Of a DNA stretch of 44,462 nucleotides, positions 9,086 to 19,693 are shown piece by piece. A model generated the notes under the pieces. The model made no database searches. It was not told the DNA's origin and saw only the letters and a program-made list of their open reading frames with translations. Numbering within the stretch: position 1 is the first letter of the stretch; each line of letters opens with the position of its first letter. A program made the position numbers and the translations under genes. Source of the stretch: an archaeon (GTDB taxonomy: Archaea > AGJL01 > Methanococci > Methanococcales > Methanocaldococcaceae); the NCBI GenBank assembly GCA_024278985.1, contig JAJRSC010000024.1, positions 1-44,462 on the forward strand, given 5' to 3'.

Positions 9086-10387
9086 TCACCAATTATTTAT
9101 AAATTCTTCAATTTTTTCTCTTATTGTATCAAAAATAAAATTAAATTTTTTATCATCCTTTTCTAATAATGTTATTCTAAAACCATTTAACTCAGTACAA
9201 AATGATGTTAAAGGAACTACACAAATTCCTGTTTCTGCTAACAGTTGATAACAAAACTTTCTGTCTAAGCTTTTTCCTTTATATAGTTTTTCAACAAATT
9301 CCTTTAAATTTGGATTAGTTATTTTTATTTCTCCATTAACCCCATTCTCAAATACTATACTCATATAAAAAGCTCCATTAGCTCTATTAACTATAACTCC
9401 ATCTAAATTTTTTAGTTTGTTATATGCATCATTACTTCTCTTTTCATAAAACTTATTTCTCTCTTTTAAATATTTGCTATATCTCTTATCTCCAAATATT
9501 TTAGGTATTACTTTCTGAGGGAGAGTTGTAGAGCAAACCTCTATTAACTTAGCTTTGTAAATACTATTTATATATCTTTTAAATTCTTCATCCTTGTTAT
9601 AATTATAAACTTCAATCCATCCACATCTTCCTCCTGGCCATGGAAGTTCTTTAGATATACCTTTTAATGATATACCTGGAACATCATCAATAACATCACT
9701 AAGTAAAACTTTCTTTTTATTGTTATATATTAAATTACAATAAATTTCATCACATATAATAAATAAGTCAAATTCATTGGCAATATCTACAATTTCATCC
9801 AAAACCTTTTTTGAATAAACTGCTCCTGTAGGATTATCTGGATTTATTATTAATATTCCAGATACTGCAGGATTGTACTTTATTCTATTATATAAATCAT
9901 CCATATCTGGATACCAACATTGGCAAGGGTCTAAAAAATAGGTTATTGGTGGAGCTCCTGCATGTGATGCCTCTGCTGATGAATGAGTAGAGTATGATGG
10001 AGAAGGATTTATAACTCTAATTTCTCTCCTTAATAGCCCATAAATCTTAGCAATAGCATCCCCCAATCCATTGAAAAATATTATATCTTCTGCAGTTATT
10101 TGTGTTTTTCCTCTTTTGTTTGTTTGTTCAGCTAAAAATTCTCTTGTTTCATATAATCCTTTTGTAGGACAGTATCCATAAGAGGAATCATTTCTAACCT
10201 CTTCTACAATAATCTCCTTTATCCAATCAGGAAGTTTTTCCCCCTTAGCTATTGGGTCACCAATATTTTCCCAAATTATTTCTTTTCCAAATTCTTTAAC
10301 TTTATTGGCAATATCAACAATCTCTCTAATTTCATAAGTTAATTCTTTAGCTCCAATGTCAATTATTGGATTCCTCATAATCTTCAC
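9086..10387 (-). CDS. PLP-dependent aminotransferase class I/II
   Basis: NIGDP, NPDNPTGAVY, CDEIY, GISKE..PGGRCGW. Confidence 0.9.
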   Translation of the reverse strand: MKIMRNPIIDIGAKELTYEIREIVDIANKVKEFGKEIIWENIGDPIAKGEKLPDWIKEIIVEEVRNDSSYGYCPTKGLYETREFLAEQTNKRGKTQITAEDIIFFNGLGDAIAKIYGLLRREIRVINPSPSYSTHSSAEASHAGAPPITYFLDPCQCWYPDMDDLYNRIKYNPAVSGILIINPDNPTGAVYSKKVLDEIVDIANEFDLFIICDEIYCNLIYNNKKKVLLSDVIDDVPGISLKGISKELPWPGGRCGWIEVYNYNKDEEFKRYINSIYKAKLIEVCSTTLPQKVIPKIFGDKRYSKYLKERNKFYEKRSNDAYNKLKNLDGVIVNRANGAFYMSIVFENGVNGEIKITNPNLKEFVEKLYKGKSLDRKFCYQLLAETGICVVPLTSFCTELNGFRITLLEKDDKKFNFIFDTIREKIEEFINNW

Positions 10388-11155
10388 TTATTCAATATTT
10401 TCAGCCAAATATTTTAATGCTTCCTCTTCCATAAAGTGTAATTTACCAGGAATAATTATAGTGTGTAAGGGCTTACCAAAGTTATAATTTATTAAGTCCT
10501 TAATTTTACCATAAACAATTTTTGGTTTTAATGAGCCAGCCCTTGCTAAAACAACAACCTTTAAATTTTCATTAATTATATTTTCTTTCTCTTTTTTTTC
10601 CATCTCCAGCAGTAATTTTAAAGCCTCATTAGCAGTCATATATCCCCTATTTTCATCTATATCTAATAAACATAATGTATGTAATCCTCTTTCTAAGTTC
10701 TCTTTTATAACTTTATAGGGTGTTGTAGGAAAATAATGCTCTGTTGGGAATACTATTGATGTTGTTTTACCAAACTTATACAACTGTAAGCCAGTTATAC
10801 CAACAGCTGAATATATGGAAGATGCATTTATTATAATTAATTCAACTCCCTGTTTTTTTGCCTCTATTGCTAAATCTACGTGGGTAGTTGCTACCATAGG
10901 GTCTCCAGCTGTTAAAAACATAATATTTTTAGTTTTTGCTTCTTCTATAATTTTATTTCCTTTTAATTCTACATCCTCTCTTTTTAAAATAACTATTTTT
11001 TTCTTTAAAATCTTCTCTATCCTTTCTATTGTGGTGCCCATTAATGAGGATGTGTAAAATTCAGCATATATTTTATCAGCTTTCTCAGCATATTTTAATG
11101 TTTTTAATGGCATATCTAACTCATCATACAATCCTAAACCAGCCAATATTAACAT
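10388..11155 (-). CDS. dph5: Diphthine synthase
   Basis: GLGLYDE, AEFYTS, GDPMVATTH, LQLYKFG, GLHTLCLLD, LHFME. Confidence 0.95.
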   Translation of the reverse strand: MLILAGLGLYDELDMPLKTLKYAEKADKIYAEFYTSSLMGTTIERIEKILKKKIVILKREDVELKGNKIIEEAKTKNIMFLTAGDPMVATTHVDLAIEAKKQGVELIIINASSIYSAVGITGLQLYKFGKTTSIVFPTEHYFPTTPYKVIKENLERGLHTLCLLDIDENRGYMTANEALKLLLEMEKKEKENIINENLKVVVLARAGSLKPKIVYGKIKDLINYNFGKPLHTIIIPGKLHFMEEEALKYLAENIE

Positions 11156-11227
11156 ATTTATCCCAATATATTAATAAGTTGTAAAACAGATGGGTATATA
11201 TAATATAATTTAGTATTATAAAAAAAA

Positions 11228-11285
11228 TGCGGATGATGAACGGAGTAGCTACTGAACTATGATGAGTGATGGGCGAACTGACGCA
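11228..11285 (+). ncRNA. Box C/D methylation guide sRNA
   Basis: Terminal stem TGCG/CGCA; box C ATGATGA 11233-11239, D' CTGA 11252-11255, C' ATGATGA 11259-11265, D CTGA 11278-11281; two 12-nt guides; T-run downstream. Confidence 0.92.
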
Positions 11286-11330
11286 CTATTTTTTTTAATA
11301 GTGTGATTAAATAATTGTGAGGATATAATT

Positions 11331-12422
11331 ATGACAACTTTTGAAAATTTTAATCTATCAGAAAGTATGATAAAATCTATAAAAAATAAGGGTTTTAAAG
11401 AACCAACTGATATTCAAAAGCAGGTAATTCCTATTTTATTAAATGAAGAGGTTAATATTGTAGGACAGGCACAAACTGGAACAGGTAAAACTGCAAGCTT
11501 TGGAATTCCTATTATTGAAAAAATAGATGAAAATTTAAAATGTGTTCAAGCACTTATTTTATCACCTACAAGAGAGTTATCTTTACAGATAACTAAGGAG
11601 TTGGTAAGTTTAAAAAATAAAAATATAAGAATTTCAACAATATATGGAGGAGTGCCAATACAAAAACAGGTAAGATATCTAAATAGCCATATTATTGTAG
11701 GAACTCCTGGAAGAGTTTTAGATTTTCTAAGAAGAGGGGAATTAGATTTAAGAAATTTAAAATACTTTGTCTTAGATGAAGCTGATGAAATGCTAAATAT
11801 GGGCTTTATTGATGATGTTAGAGAGATATTAAGATATACAAATAAAAATAAAAAGATTCTTCTATTTTCTGCAACTCTTCCTAAAAAGATTTTAGATTTA
11901 GCTAAAGAAGAATTAAAAGAGTATATACTATGTAAAGTTAAAAAAGAAAAAGAAACTGCTGAAAATATAGAGCAATATTATTGTAAGTTAAAAAATTATG
12001 AAAAAATTAAAAAACTCACCAACATTATAGATAAAGATTTTTATGGTATAGTATTTTGTGCAACCAAAAAGGACACTAAAGAATTGGCTAAAAATCTATT
12101 CAAATTAGGATTTAAAGCAGATACTTTACATGGAGATTTATCTCAAAAAAAGAGAGAGAAAGTTTTAGATAAATTTAAAAAAAAGAAGATTAATATTTTA
12201 GTGGCAACAGATGTTGCTTCAAGAGGTTTAGATATTAATAACCTAACTCATGTTATTAACTATTCCCTACCTCAAGATGTTGAGTCTTATATCCATAGAA
12301 TTGGAAGAACTGGAAGAATTGGAAAAAAAGGAATAGCAATAACATTTATTCATCCAAAAGAAATAAAAAAATTAAAATTATTTGAAAAAAGAATAAAATC
12401 AAATATAAAAAGGTTTATATAA
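11331..12422 (+). CDS. DEAD-box RNA helicase
   Basis: Q motif, AQTGTGKT, PTREL, DEAD, SAT, HRIGRTGR. Confidence 0.95.
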   Translation: MTTFENFNLSESMIKSIKNKGFKEPTDIQKQVIPILLNEEVNIVGQAQTGTGKTASFGIPIIEKIDENLKCVQALILSPTRELSLQITKELVSLKNKNIRISTIYGGVPIQKQVRYLNSHIIVGTPGRVLDFLRRGELDLRNLKYFVLDEADEMLNMGFIDDVREILRYTNKNKKILLFSATLPKKILDLAKEELKEYILCKVKKEKETAENIEQYYCKLKNYEKIKKLTNIIDKDFYGIVFCATKKDTKELAKNLFKLGFKADTLHGDLSQKKREKVLDKFKKKKINILVATDVASRGLDINNLTHVINYSLPQDVESYIHRIGRTGRIGKKGIAITFIHPKEIKKLKLFEKRIKSNIKRFI

Positions 12423-13059
12423 AGTTATCTAAAGTTTTTTGTTTATTTATTATCTTCTCAACAGTTTTCCATTTTTTTCTAACAATTGGTGGTAATTTTT
12501 TATATCTCTGATAATAATCCTCTAAAAATTTTATAGTTTTTGCATCTGAAGGGTATCCACTTCCAAAATCTCCATATTCCTTTTTATAGTTTTCTATTAT
12601 CTCATCTCTTATAACTTTTGCCAATATTGAAGCAGCAGAAACTATTGGATATTTACTATCTGCTTTATGTTCAGCAACAATTTTAATATTCTTATTTAAC
12701 TTTTTTAAAAATTCTTCTTTAAACTTCTTTATATTAGTTGAACAGGCATCAATATATACAGTTGCATCTTCATTATTTTCTAATAACTTAGAAACTGCTT
12801 TGGCAAATGCTTCAATTTCTATTTCATTTAAATTTTTTTGTTCCATCAACTTATTTAACTCCTCTGGATAAATTATTACTACACTATATTTTCCAATTTC
12901 TTTAAGTTTTTTACTTAAGTTTTCTCTTTTTTTCTTACTGAGTTCTTTACTGTCTTTAACTCCTATTTTTTCTAAGTTTTTTAAATTTGTTGAATATGCA
13001 ACTATAACCATTGGTCCAATAACTGGTCCTCTTCCTGCTTCATCAACTCCTATAATCAT
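12415..13059 (-). CDS. rnhB: Ribonuclease HII
   Basis: GVDEAGRGPVIGP, DSK, SAASILAKV, GSGYPSD; C-terminal PIP box QKTLDNFI. Confidence 0.96.
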   Translation of the reverse strand: MIIGVDEAGRGPVIGPMVIVAYSTNLKNLEKIGVKDSKELSKKKRENLSKKLKEIGKYSVVIIYPEELNKLMEQKNLNEIEIEAFAKAVSKLLENNEDATVYIDACSTNIKKFKEEFLKKLNKNIKIVAEHKADSKYPIVSAASILAKVIRDEIIENYKKEYGDFGSGYPSDAKTIKFLEDYYQRYKKLPPIVRKKWKTVEKIINKQKTLDNFI

Positions 13060-14484
13060 CTATATCACTTTCCTTAATAGAGAAACAATATTTAAAACCT
13101 CAAGATTACTATTTTCTTTTAGATGATATTCACAAAATGGACATACTGTTACAATAACATCAACTCCCAAACTTTCAAGTTCTTTAGCTCTTTTTTTTCC
13201 TATTATTTTGGAAAGTTCTTTTTTTCCACTTCTAACTCCTCCACCAGCTCCACAGCATTTTGGCTTACTATCTATAAATTCTAAATTAGGAATACTCTTT
13301 AAAATTTTTCTTGGCTCTTCTTTTATTTTTTGTCCTCTTAATAAATGACAGGGGTCATGATATGTAACTTTTAAATTTATTGGTTTATAGTTTATTAATC
13401 CTACTTCATTTAAAACCTCTGTTATATCCCTAACATTCTTTAATTTATAATCATTTTTTAATGTATTTCCACATCCTGCACATACAGTTACTATATAATC
13501 AACATCCAAATTTTTAAAGACTTCTTTATTCCTTTCAATTAATTTTTCAGCAACATCTCTAAATCCTGTCCTAAGCATTGGTGAAGAGCAACAAACTTGA
13601 TTTTTTGGAATATATACTGAAATTCCATGAGCATTTAATACTTTAATTGTATCATATCCAACATCTTTTAACCTATAATCAACTAAACAACCTGTAAAAA
13701 ATGCTACCCTTAATTTTTCATTTTTAGCCTTATAATACTCTTTAACTTCATCTAAAAAACTCTTTTCTATTTTTGAAACACTTCTATTATATTTTAAAAT
13801 ATTATTTTTAACTTCTATGTGTTTATTTAAATATAATGATTTTTTAGTAGATAAAGACCTTAAATATTCTATAGCTTTAACTAAATCTATCTCCATAGGA
13901 CAAACTTCAACACATTTATGGCATGTTGTACAGTTATATAAATTTTCAAAAAAAGCAATTTTCTCTCTATCTTCTTCATCTCTAACATCTTTGGCAAATC
14001 TTGCCAATGCTCTCATTAATGTAGCTCCAGGATATTCAGAGTTTTCTCTTGCAGGACATTGAGATAGACATGATAAGCACTCAATGCATTTTTTTAACTC
14101 CTTTACATTTTCAACAACTTTATCATTAATTTTTTCTAATGTATCTGGATAGTGTTTTCTTATTAGATAATTTCTAATATTTAGAAGTTTTTTATTATAA
14201 CTTTCTCTATCTACAATCAAATCTTTAATCACTCTAAAACCTTTTAATGGCTCAATTAAAATTCCCTCCTTTACCTTCTCAATACAGGCAAGTTTTGCCT
14301 CTCCATCTACTGTTAAGGCACAACTACCACACTGTCCATTTCTACATCCCGCTCTAAATGCAATATTGGCATTATAATTTTTATTTATATATTCTAAAGC
14401 TTCTAATATAGTCCCCTCAGGAACATTATAACTTTCTATCCAACTTTTTCCATTGTTGTATCTTTTTATATATATCTTCTTCAT
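13060..14484 (-). CDS. tfrB: Thiol:fumarate reductase (CoM/CoB) subunit B
   Basis: 2Fe-2S motif CRNGQCGSC, two CxxCxxCxxxCP motifs, two CCG-type domains (YHDPCHL, CCGAGGG). Confidence 0.88.
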   Translation of the reverse strand: MKKIYIKRYNNGKSWIESYNVPEGTILEALEYINKNYNANIAFRAGCRNGQCGSCALTVDGEAKLACIEKVKEGILIEPLKGFRVIKDLIVDRESYNKKLLNIRNYLIRKHYPDTLEKINDKVVENVKELKKCIECLSCLSQCPARENSEYPGATLMRALARFAKDVRDEEDREKIAFFENLYNCTTCHKCVEVCPMEIDLVKAIEYLRSLSTKKSLYLNKHIEVKNNILKYNRSVSKIEKSFLDEVKEYYKAKNEKLRVAFFTGCLVDYRLKDVGYDTIKVLNAHGISVYIPKNQVCCSSPMLRTGFRDVAEKLIERNKEVFKNLDVDYIVTVCAGCGNTLKNDYKLKNVRDITEVLNEVGLINYKPINLKVTYHDPCHLLRGQKIKEEPRKILKSIPNLEFIDSKPKCCGAGGGVRSGKKELSKIIGKKRAKELESLGVDVIVTVCPFCEYHLKENSNLEVLNIVSLLRKVI

Positions 14485-15404
14485 AATATCCCAAAGTATA
14501 GAGCAGTTATAAATACAAAGTAAAGAACTAATAAAACTATCCCTTCCAATTTATTTATTTTATTTTTAAGTGAAAAGATGAATAATAATAATGATAAAAT
14601 TAATAATGCATATAAACCTCCAATTTCAGATGGTAGTTTAATGAATATAGAAGGCAACCCTAAGGCAAATCCTATATCTATAACATTACTTCCAAGTATA
14701 TTACCTAAAACAATTCCCCCCAATTTCCTTTTTGCAGATATTATTGAAACCATTAACTCAGGAACAGAGGTTCCAAAAGCTACCAAAGAAAAACCTATAA
14801 TAAAATCAGAAATTCCAAAACTATGAGCTAATCCTTTAGCCCCTTCAACTAAAAACTTAGACCCTAATAAAACAGATATTAATCCTATAATAGTAATAAA
14901 TAAATCCATTATAAGATATAGATTTTCTTTATTTTCATTGTTGTTATCTTCTAATTTTCCATCTTTTATTGTTTTTAGTATATAAAATATAGATAGAATT
15001 ATCAAAAAAAATCCATCTATTTTATCATAGCCATCAATCCCTAAAATAAAGGTAATTATTATAAATATTATATAATAAACAATATTCCTTTTTAATTTAT
15101 TATTTAGTATTATTGTTGAAAATAGTAATGAAGTTCCTAAAATTAATCCAATATTACAGACACATGAACCAATAGCATTTCCAACAGCAATACCTCCAGA
15201 ATTTGTAAATGCAGCATATATAGATGTGACAATTTCAGGTAATGATGTCCCAATTGCAACAACAGTAGCACCAATAACAAAATTAGAGACATTAAAAAAT
15301 TTTGCAATTCTCTCCGCTCCAAGAACAAACCAATCACTACCATAATATAAAAGTACTAATCCAACAATAAAGTAAATTAAATCAATAATCATTTCTGTCC
15401 CCAT
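14481..15404 (-). CDS. Na+/Ca2+ exchanger (CaCA family, NCX_Mj-like)
   Basis: Alpha repeats GTSLPE..GNAIGSCVCNI and GTSVPE..GNILGSNVIDI. Confidence 0.92.
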   Translation of the reverse strand: MGTEMIIDLIYFIVGLVLLYYGSDWFVLGAERIAKFFNVSNFVIGATVVAIGTSLPEIVTSIYAAFTNSGGIAVGNAIGSCVCNIGLILGTSLLFSTIILNNKLKRNIVYYIIFIIITFILGIDGYDKIDGFFLIILSIFYILKTIKDGKLEDNNNENKENLYLIMDLFITIIGLISVLLGSKFLVEGAKGLAHSFGISDFIIGFSLVAFGTSVPELMVSIISAKRKLGGIVLGNILGSNVIDIGFALGLPSIFIKLPSEIGGLYALLILSLLLFIFSLKNKINKLEGIVLLVLYFVFITALYFGIL

Positions 15405-15544
15405 AAATATTTAAATATATTTATAATCCAATTTTATCAAGGTATATAAAGAAAAAATAATAAATACTAAAAATATAAAATAGAACTTTTATATTTTTTT
15501 ATTGGTTATTAATAAAATTTTCACAGTTAAAATATTAAAAAAGG

Positions 15545-16636
15545 ATGGTGATTATGAAATTAGTTAAAGAAGCTTTATCAAGAAACTCACCAACATACTC
15601 AAATGAGTTAGGAGAAGCAAGAATAATAGTTGTTGGATGTGGTGGAGCTGGAAATAATACAATTAACAGATTGATGGAGTTGGGAATACAAGGAGCTGAG
15701 ACAATTGCAATTAACACAGATAAGCAGCACTTAGAGGTTATACAAGCACATAAAAAGATATTAATAGGTTCAAGTTTAACAAGGGGTTTAGGAGCAGGAG
15801 GATATCCTGAGATAGGAGAAAAAGCTGCAGAAATGGCAAGAAATGTTTTAGAGGAACAATTAAAAGGAGCTGATTTAGTATTTGTTACTGCTGGGATGGG
15901 TGGAGGGACTGGAACAGGTTCTGCTCCAGTTGTTGCTGAGATTGCTAAAAATTTGGGAGCTATAGTTGTAGGGGTAGTTACATATCCATTTAAAATAGAA
16001 AGAGCAAGAATGCAGAAGGCAGAAGAAGGAATAAGAAAAATGGTTAATGTTTGTGATACTGTTATTATTGTAGATAATAACAAACTTTTAGAGTTAGTTC
16101 CTAACTTACCATTAAATGATGCATTTAAAGTAGCTGATGAAATTATTGCTCAAGCAGTTAAAGGGATAACTGAAACTATTGCAGTTCCAAGTTTAATAAA
16201 TATTGACTTTGCAGATGTTAGGGCAATAATGTGTAATGGAGGAGTAGCTTTAATTAGTGTTGGAGAAGTTGATAATACAGATAGAGGGGATAGAGTACAG
16301 AATGTAGTTAATGAAACATTAAAATGTCCTCTTTTAGATGTTGATTTTAGAGGAGCTAAAGGAGCATTAATTCATATAACAGGAGGGCCAGATTTAACTT
16401 TAAAGGAGGCAAATGATATTGGAGAAGGAATTACCAAATATTTAGATCCAAATGCAAATGTTATTTGGGGGGCAAGAATTGAAAAAGAAATGGAAGGTTG
16501 TATAAGAGTTATGGCAATTATTACTGGAGTAAAATCTCCACATATTTTAGGAAAAGATTCATTAAGTAATAGAATAATTCCTAAAGAGGATAAAAAAGTA
16601 AAGAAAAATATAGGTGGAATTGATTTCATAATTTAA
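15545..16636 (+). CDS. ftsZ: Cell division protein FtsZ (FtsZ2-like)
   Basis: [13 protein letters not shown], tubulin signature GGGTGTG, INIDFAD. Confidence 0.97.
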   Translation: MVIMKLVKEALSRNSPTYSNELGEARIIVVGCGGAGNNTINRLMELGIQGAETIAINTDKQHLEVIQAHKKILIGSSLTRGLGAGGYPEIGEKAAEMARNVLEEQLKGADLVFVTAGMGGGTGTGSAPVVAEIAKNLGAIVVGVVTYPFKIERARMQKAEEGIRKMVNVCDTVIIVDNNKLLELVPNLPLNDAFKVADEIIAQAVKGITETIAVPSLINIDFADVRAIMCNGGVALISVGEVDNTDRGDRVQNVVNETLKCPLLDVDFRGAKGALIHITGGPDLTLKEANDIGEGITKYLDPNANVIWGARIEKEMEGCIRVMAIITGVKSPHILGKDSLSNRIIPKEDKKVKKNIGGIDFII

Positions 16637-16647
16637 AAAAAGGGTTA

Positions 16648-17166
16648 ATGTATATGAAACTTAGAAAAAGATTATTATATAATCTTGTCTCATTACAAAA
16701 ATTTTCAGAAGAATTTAAAAAAATTTTAAATGACCTTAATCTTAGCCTAAAAGAATTTTCAGAGTTATCTAATATTCCATATGGAACTCTATATAAAATT
16801 TATAAAGGGAAAGATTTTAGGGTTTCTACATTAATAAAAATTTTAGAAACATTAAAAAAATTTGAATCTGAGGAAAAAAAGGATTTTATTGCAGTTATTG
16901 CTGCAAGAACTGTTTTAAATAATTTAACAAAAAGAGAAATTACAATTAATAATAAAAAATACATAATAAAAGAATTTCCTGCAAATACTTTAGAGGAGTG
17001 TATCATCTCAGCAATATGGGCTGAAAGATTAGGAGCTAAGGGAATAATTTGTGCCCCAATAGTTAGTTCAACAATTGAAAAAATAGTTTCTATTCCTGTT
17101 GTTGTAGTAATTCCTGAAAAGGATGCTTTTGAAAAGGTAATAAATATTATATCAAAGAAAATTTAA
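16648..17166 (+). CDS. XRE-type HTH transcriptional regulator
   Basis: LSLKEFSELSNIPYGTLYKI..FRVSTL HTH; C-terminal GIICAPIVS domain. Confidence 0.8.
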   Translation: MYMKLRKRLLYNLVSLQKFSEEFKKILNDLNLSLKEFSELSNIPYGTLYKIYKGKDFRVSTLIKILETLKKFESEEKKDFIAVIAARTVLNNLTKREITINNKKYIIKEFPANTLEECIISAIWAERLGAKGIICAPIVSSTIEKIVSIPVVVVIPEKDAFEKVINIISKKI

Positions 17167-17643
17167 TGTCCTTATAATGTATGGCTTGGCAGTATATTTT
17201 ACTTTTTTTAAATTTGTTAAATCAATTTCTAAATTATCAATAATAATTCCATTATCTGTTATAATAATTTCCTTATCCTCAATAACTTCTCTAATTTTTC
17301 TCTGTTCCTCTTCTGGAAATGAGTAGTCTATATACTTTTTTATACTATATCCAACAATAAAAATACTTAACCCCCTAACAGATAAAAGAATTTCAGCAAT
17401 ATATTCATTATCAAGTAAATAATTTAAGTCTGTTATAGCTTCATAAGATATATTAATAAATTTGATTTTATCTTTCCAAATACTTGGTGTTGGAGTACAA
17501 AAATAATTTAATATATTTTGTTGAGAAAAATAGTATATTAAAGCTAATATTACCTCTCTCCTAACCCATTTATTTTTATTTCCCTTTGTTAATGTATATA
17601 TTATAAAGTGTAACTTTTCTTTATTTTCATCCAAAATTACCAC
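17152..17643 (-). CDS. Hypothetical protein
   Basis: 163-aa ORF overlapping the thpR stop; host-like codon usage. Confidence 0.7.
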   Translation of the reverse strand: MVILDENKEKLHFIIYTLTKGNKNKWVRREVILALIYYFSQQNILNYFCTPTPSIWKDKIKFINISYEAITDLNYLLDNEYIAEILLSVRGLSIFIVGYSIKKYIDYSFPEEEQRKIREVIEDKEIIITDNGIIIDNLEIDLTNLKKVKYTAKPYIIRTLNFL

Positions 17644-18158
17644 TCTTTTATAATTTCATAAATTGGCCCTGTAGGGGTTAATGTTGATTTATACAACTTT
17701 ATACTATCAGCAACAAAATAGCCAAAATCTATATTTTTATATTTTTCTATTTTATCCTTTAAAAGTTTTTTATTATCTATAAATTTAACTCTTCCAATTG
17801 TTAAGTGAGGAATATAATTTTTCTCTTTTTTAAAACCCAATTTATAAAGTTTATTATCAACATATTTAAATGTATCTATTAGATTTTCTCCATATGCTCC
17901 AATCCATATAACCCTTATATAGTTCTCATTTGGAAATGTTGAAAGATTTTTTAAATGTATATTTATTGGCTGAATTGATAAATCTAAATCTAATATATTA
18001 TTTAATAACTTCTCATTAACTTCTCCTAAAAATTTGACTGTTATATGTAAATTTTCTCTCTCAACTAATTTAATTCCCTTAATCTTAAAATTTTTTTGAA
18101 AATTATAAATTTTTTCTTTTATCTCTTTAGGGATATCTATAGCTAAAAAAACTCTCAA
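17637..18158 (-). CDS. thpR: RNA 2',3'-cyclic phosphodiesterase (2H phosphoesterase)
   Basis: Two HxT motifs (LHITVKF, PHLTIGR); R.FLAI N-terminus; STLTPTGPIY. Confidence 0.93.
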   Translation of the reverse strand: MRVFLAIDIPKEIKEKIYNFQKNFKIKGIKLVERENLHITVKFLGEVNEKLLNNILDLDLSIQPINIHLKNLSTFPNENYIRVIWIGAYGENLIDTFKYVDNKLYKLGFKKEKNYIPHLTIGRVKFIDNKKLLKDKIEKYKNIDFGYFVADSIKLYKSTLTPTGPIYEIIKEW

Positions 18159-18161
18159 TAT

Positions 18162-18305
18162 TTACCACCTCAATAAAATAGGAATGTTATCAACAATATC
18201 AAACTCTTTTTTACATTTTTTACATATTAATTTATTATCCTTTAATAATAACTCTCCTCTACAGTATGGACATCTTAATATGTTAAGATAATCTTTAATC
18301 CACAT
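18162..18305 (-). CDS. Trm112-family zinc-binding protein (47 aa, not in ORF track)
   Basis: Manual translation MWIKDYLNILRCPYCRGELLLKDNKLICKKCKKEFDIVDNIPILLRW with two CxxC and the I.D.IP.LL signature; fills the bioD-thpR gap. Confidence 0.88.
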   Translation of the reverse strand: MWIKDYLNILRCPYCRGELLLKDNKLICKKCKKEFDIVDNIPILLRW

Positions 18306-18311
18306 AGTTAT

Positions 18312-18947
18312 TCATTTTATTTTTTCTATATCAATATTATAATTTTCTTTATTATGAACAATTCCAATTATTTCTACTCCAAAACTTTCAATAGTCTCAA
18401 AAGTTTTATTATAATATAAAACATCTTCCAATTTTGTTATACAATTTATTATAACTCCTCTAACATTAATATCCTTATTCTCAAGATGTTTAACAGTTAA
18501 TAAAGTATGATTTATAGTTCCTAAGTTTGGTCTTGATACAACAACAGCATCTAAACCTAAAAATTTTATTAAGTCACTCATAACAAACTTATCCTTTATT
18601 GGGACATAAACCCCTCCTGCACCTTCTACTATTAAATAACTATACTTTTCTTTTAAATAATTAAAGGATTTTTTTATTTTATCTAAAATATAATCTAAAT
18701 CATAATTCTTTTTTTCAACTTCAAGAGCAATATTTGGAGATAAAGGAAGAGAACAATTTATAGGATTTAGAATTTCTAAATCTTCACTTAAATTTAAAGC
18801 ATTCTTAAGATTTAATGTATCTTCTCTCCCACCTGTTTCTATTGGTTTAAAATAACCAACATTTAAAGATTTTTTTAGTTCTTTTCCAATAATTTCAGAG
18901 ATGTAGGTTTTACCTACACCTGTATCAGTTCCTGTTATAAAAATCAT
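18312..18947 (-). CDS. bioD: Dethiobiotin synthase
   Basis: FITGTDTGVGKT, FKPIETG, VEGAGG, LGTINHTLLT. Confidence 0.95.
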   Translation of the reverse strand: MIFITGTDTGVGKTYISEIIGKELKKSLNVGYFKPIETGGREDTLNLKNALNLSEDLEILNPINCSLPLSPNIALEVEKKNYDLDYILDKIKKSFNYLKEKYSYLIVEGAGGVYVPIKDKFVMSDLIKFLGLDAVVVSRPNLGTINHTLLTVKHLENKDINVRGVIINCITKLEDVLYYNKTFETIESFGVEIIGIVHNKENYNIDIEKIK

Positions 18948-18950
18948 ATC

Positions 18951-19430
18951 TTATCCCTTCTTTAAAAAATCCCCCAAAGTAAAGCTATCTTCTGAAGATG
19001 TTGAATAATAAGAGGAATCTTCATATTTATCAGTTAATTTTATTTTTAAAAATTTCTCTAAAATTTTAATTTCTTTATCATTTGGCTCTAACTCATATCT
19101 TTCAAATTTTCTCAATACTGTCTCTTTCATTTTTAATTTTTTTGCCAATTCTTCTATACTTAGTCCCAACCTTTCTCTTGCTTCTCTTATAACATCTCCA
19201 TAGTCTTCTCTTAAATCAGGAACAATATCAAAAATATCTCTCTTATATCTTCTTTTTACAGGTTGTTGCTGTTTTTTTGTAGTTATTATTTTTTTCTTAC
19301 CTAATCTTGAATAAGTTTTAGGAGTTTTTCCATGTCTTGCACAATCTTTACAAACATTCATTTCTGCTCCTTCTATAATTACCTTATATAACTTATTACA
19401 TAACTTACCACATAATTCACAAACTTGCAT
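18951..19430 (-). CDS. Archaeal multiprotein bridging factor aMBF1
   Basis: Zn ribbon CELCG..VCKDC, HTH IREARE.LGLS, C-terminal TLGD. Confidence 0.92.
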   Translation of the reverse strand: MQVCELCGKLCNKLYKVIIEGAEMNVCKDCARHGKTPKTYSRLGKKKIITTKKQQQPVKRRYKRDIFDIVPDLREDYGDVIREARERLGLSIEELAKKLKMKETVLRKFERYELEPNDKEIKILEKFLKIKLTDKYEDSSYYSTSSEDSFTLGDFLKKG

Positions 19431-19693
19431 ATTCCTACCTTAATAATTATTAAGTTTAATATTTAGTAGATTCATTTTTAAGATATATATTTATTATGTT
19501 ACAATATAAATATTAAGTTTATTTTAATTTTTAATTTTATTTAAAAAAATTGGCTGGATTAATAAATAGATTAGTTTTACTATCCAATTATTTAAATTAA
19601 TGAAAAAACTAAAACAGAAATATCAAATAATTAAGAGATAAATTTTATTCTTAACTCCACAAAAATTATTAAAATTTAAGTAAGGTTAAGATT

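Noticed and set aside
15535-16083. 182-aa antisense ORF over ftsZ, and similar shadow ORFs (e.g. 35870-36226, 38260-38688, 39888-40298, 25773-26075)
   Set aside because: Antisense to well-supported conserved genes, with no motifs or host-like composition.
19431-19693. 263-bp AT-rich intergenic region with weak inverted repeat (AATTGG...CCAATT)
   Set aside because: Consistent with divergent promoters; no convincing ORF, RNA boxes or origin-type repeats.
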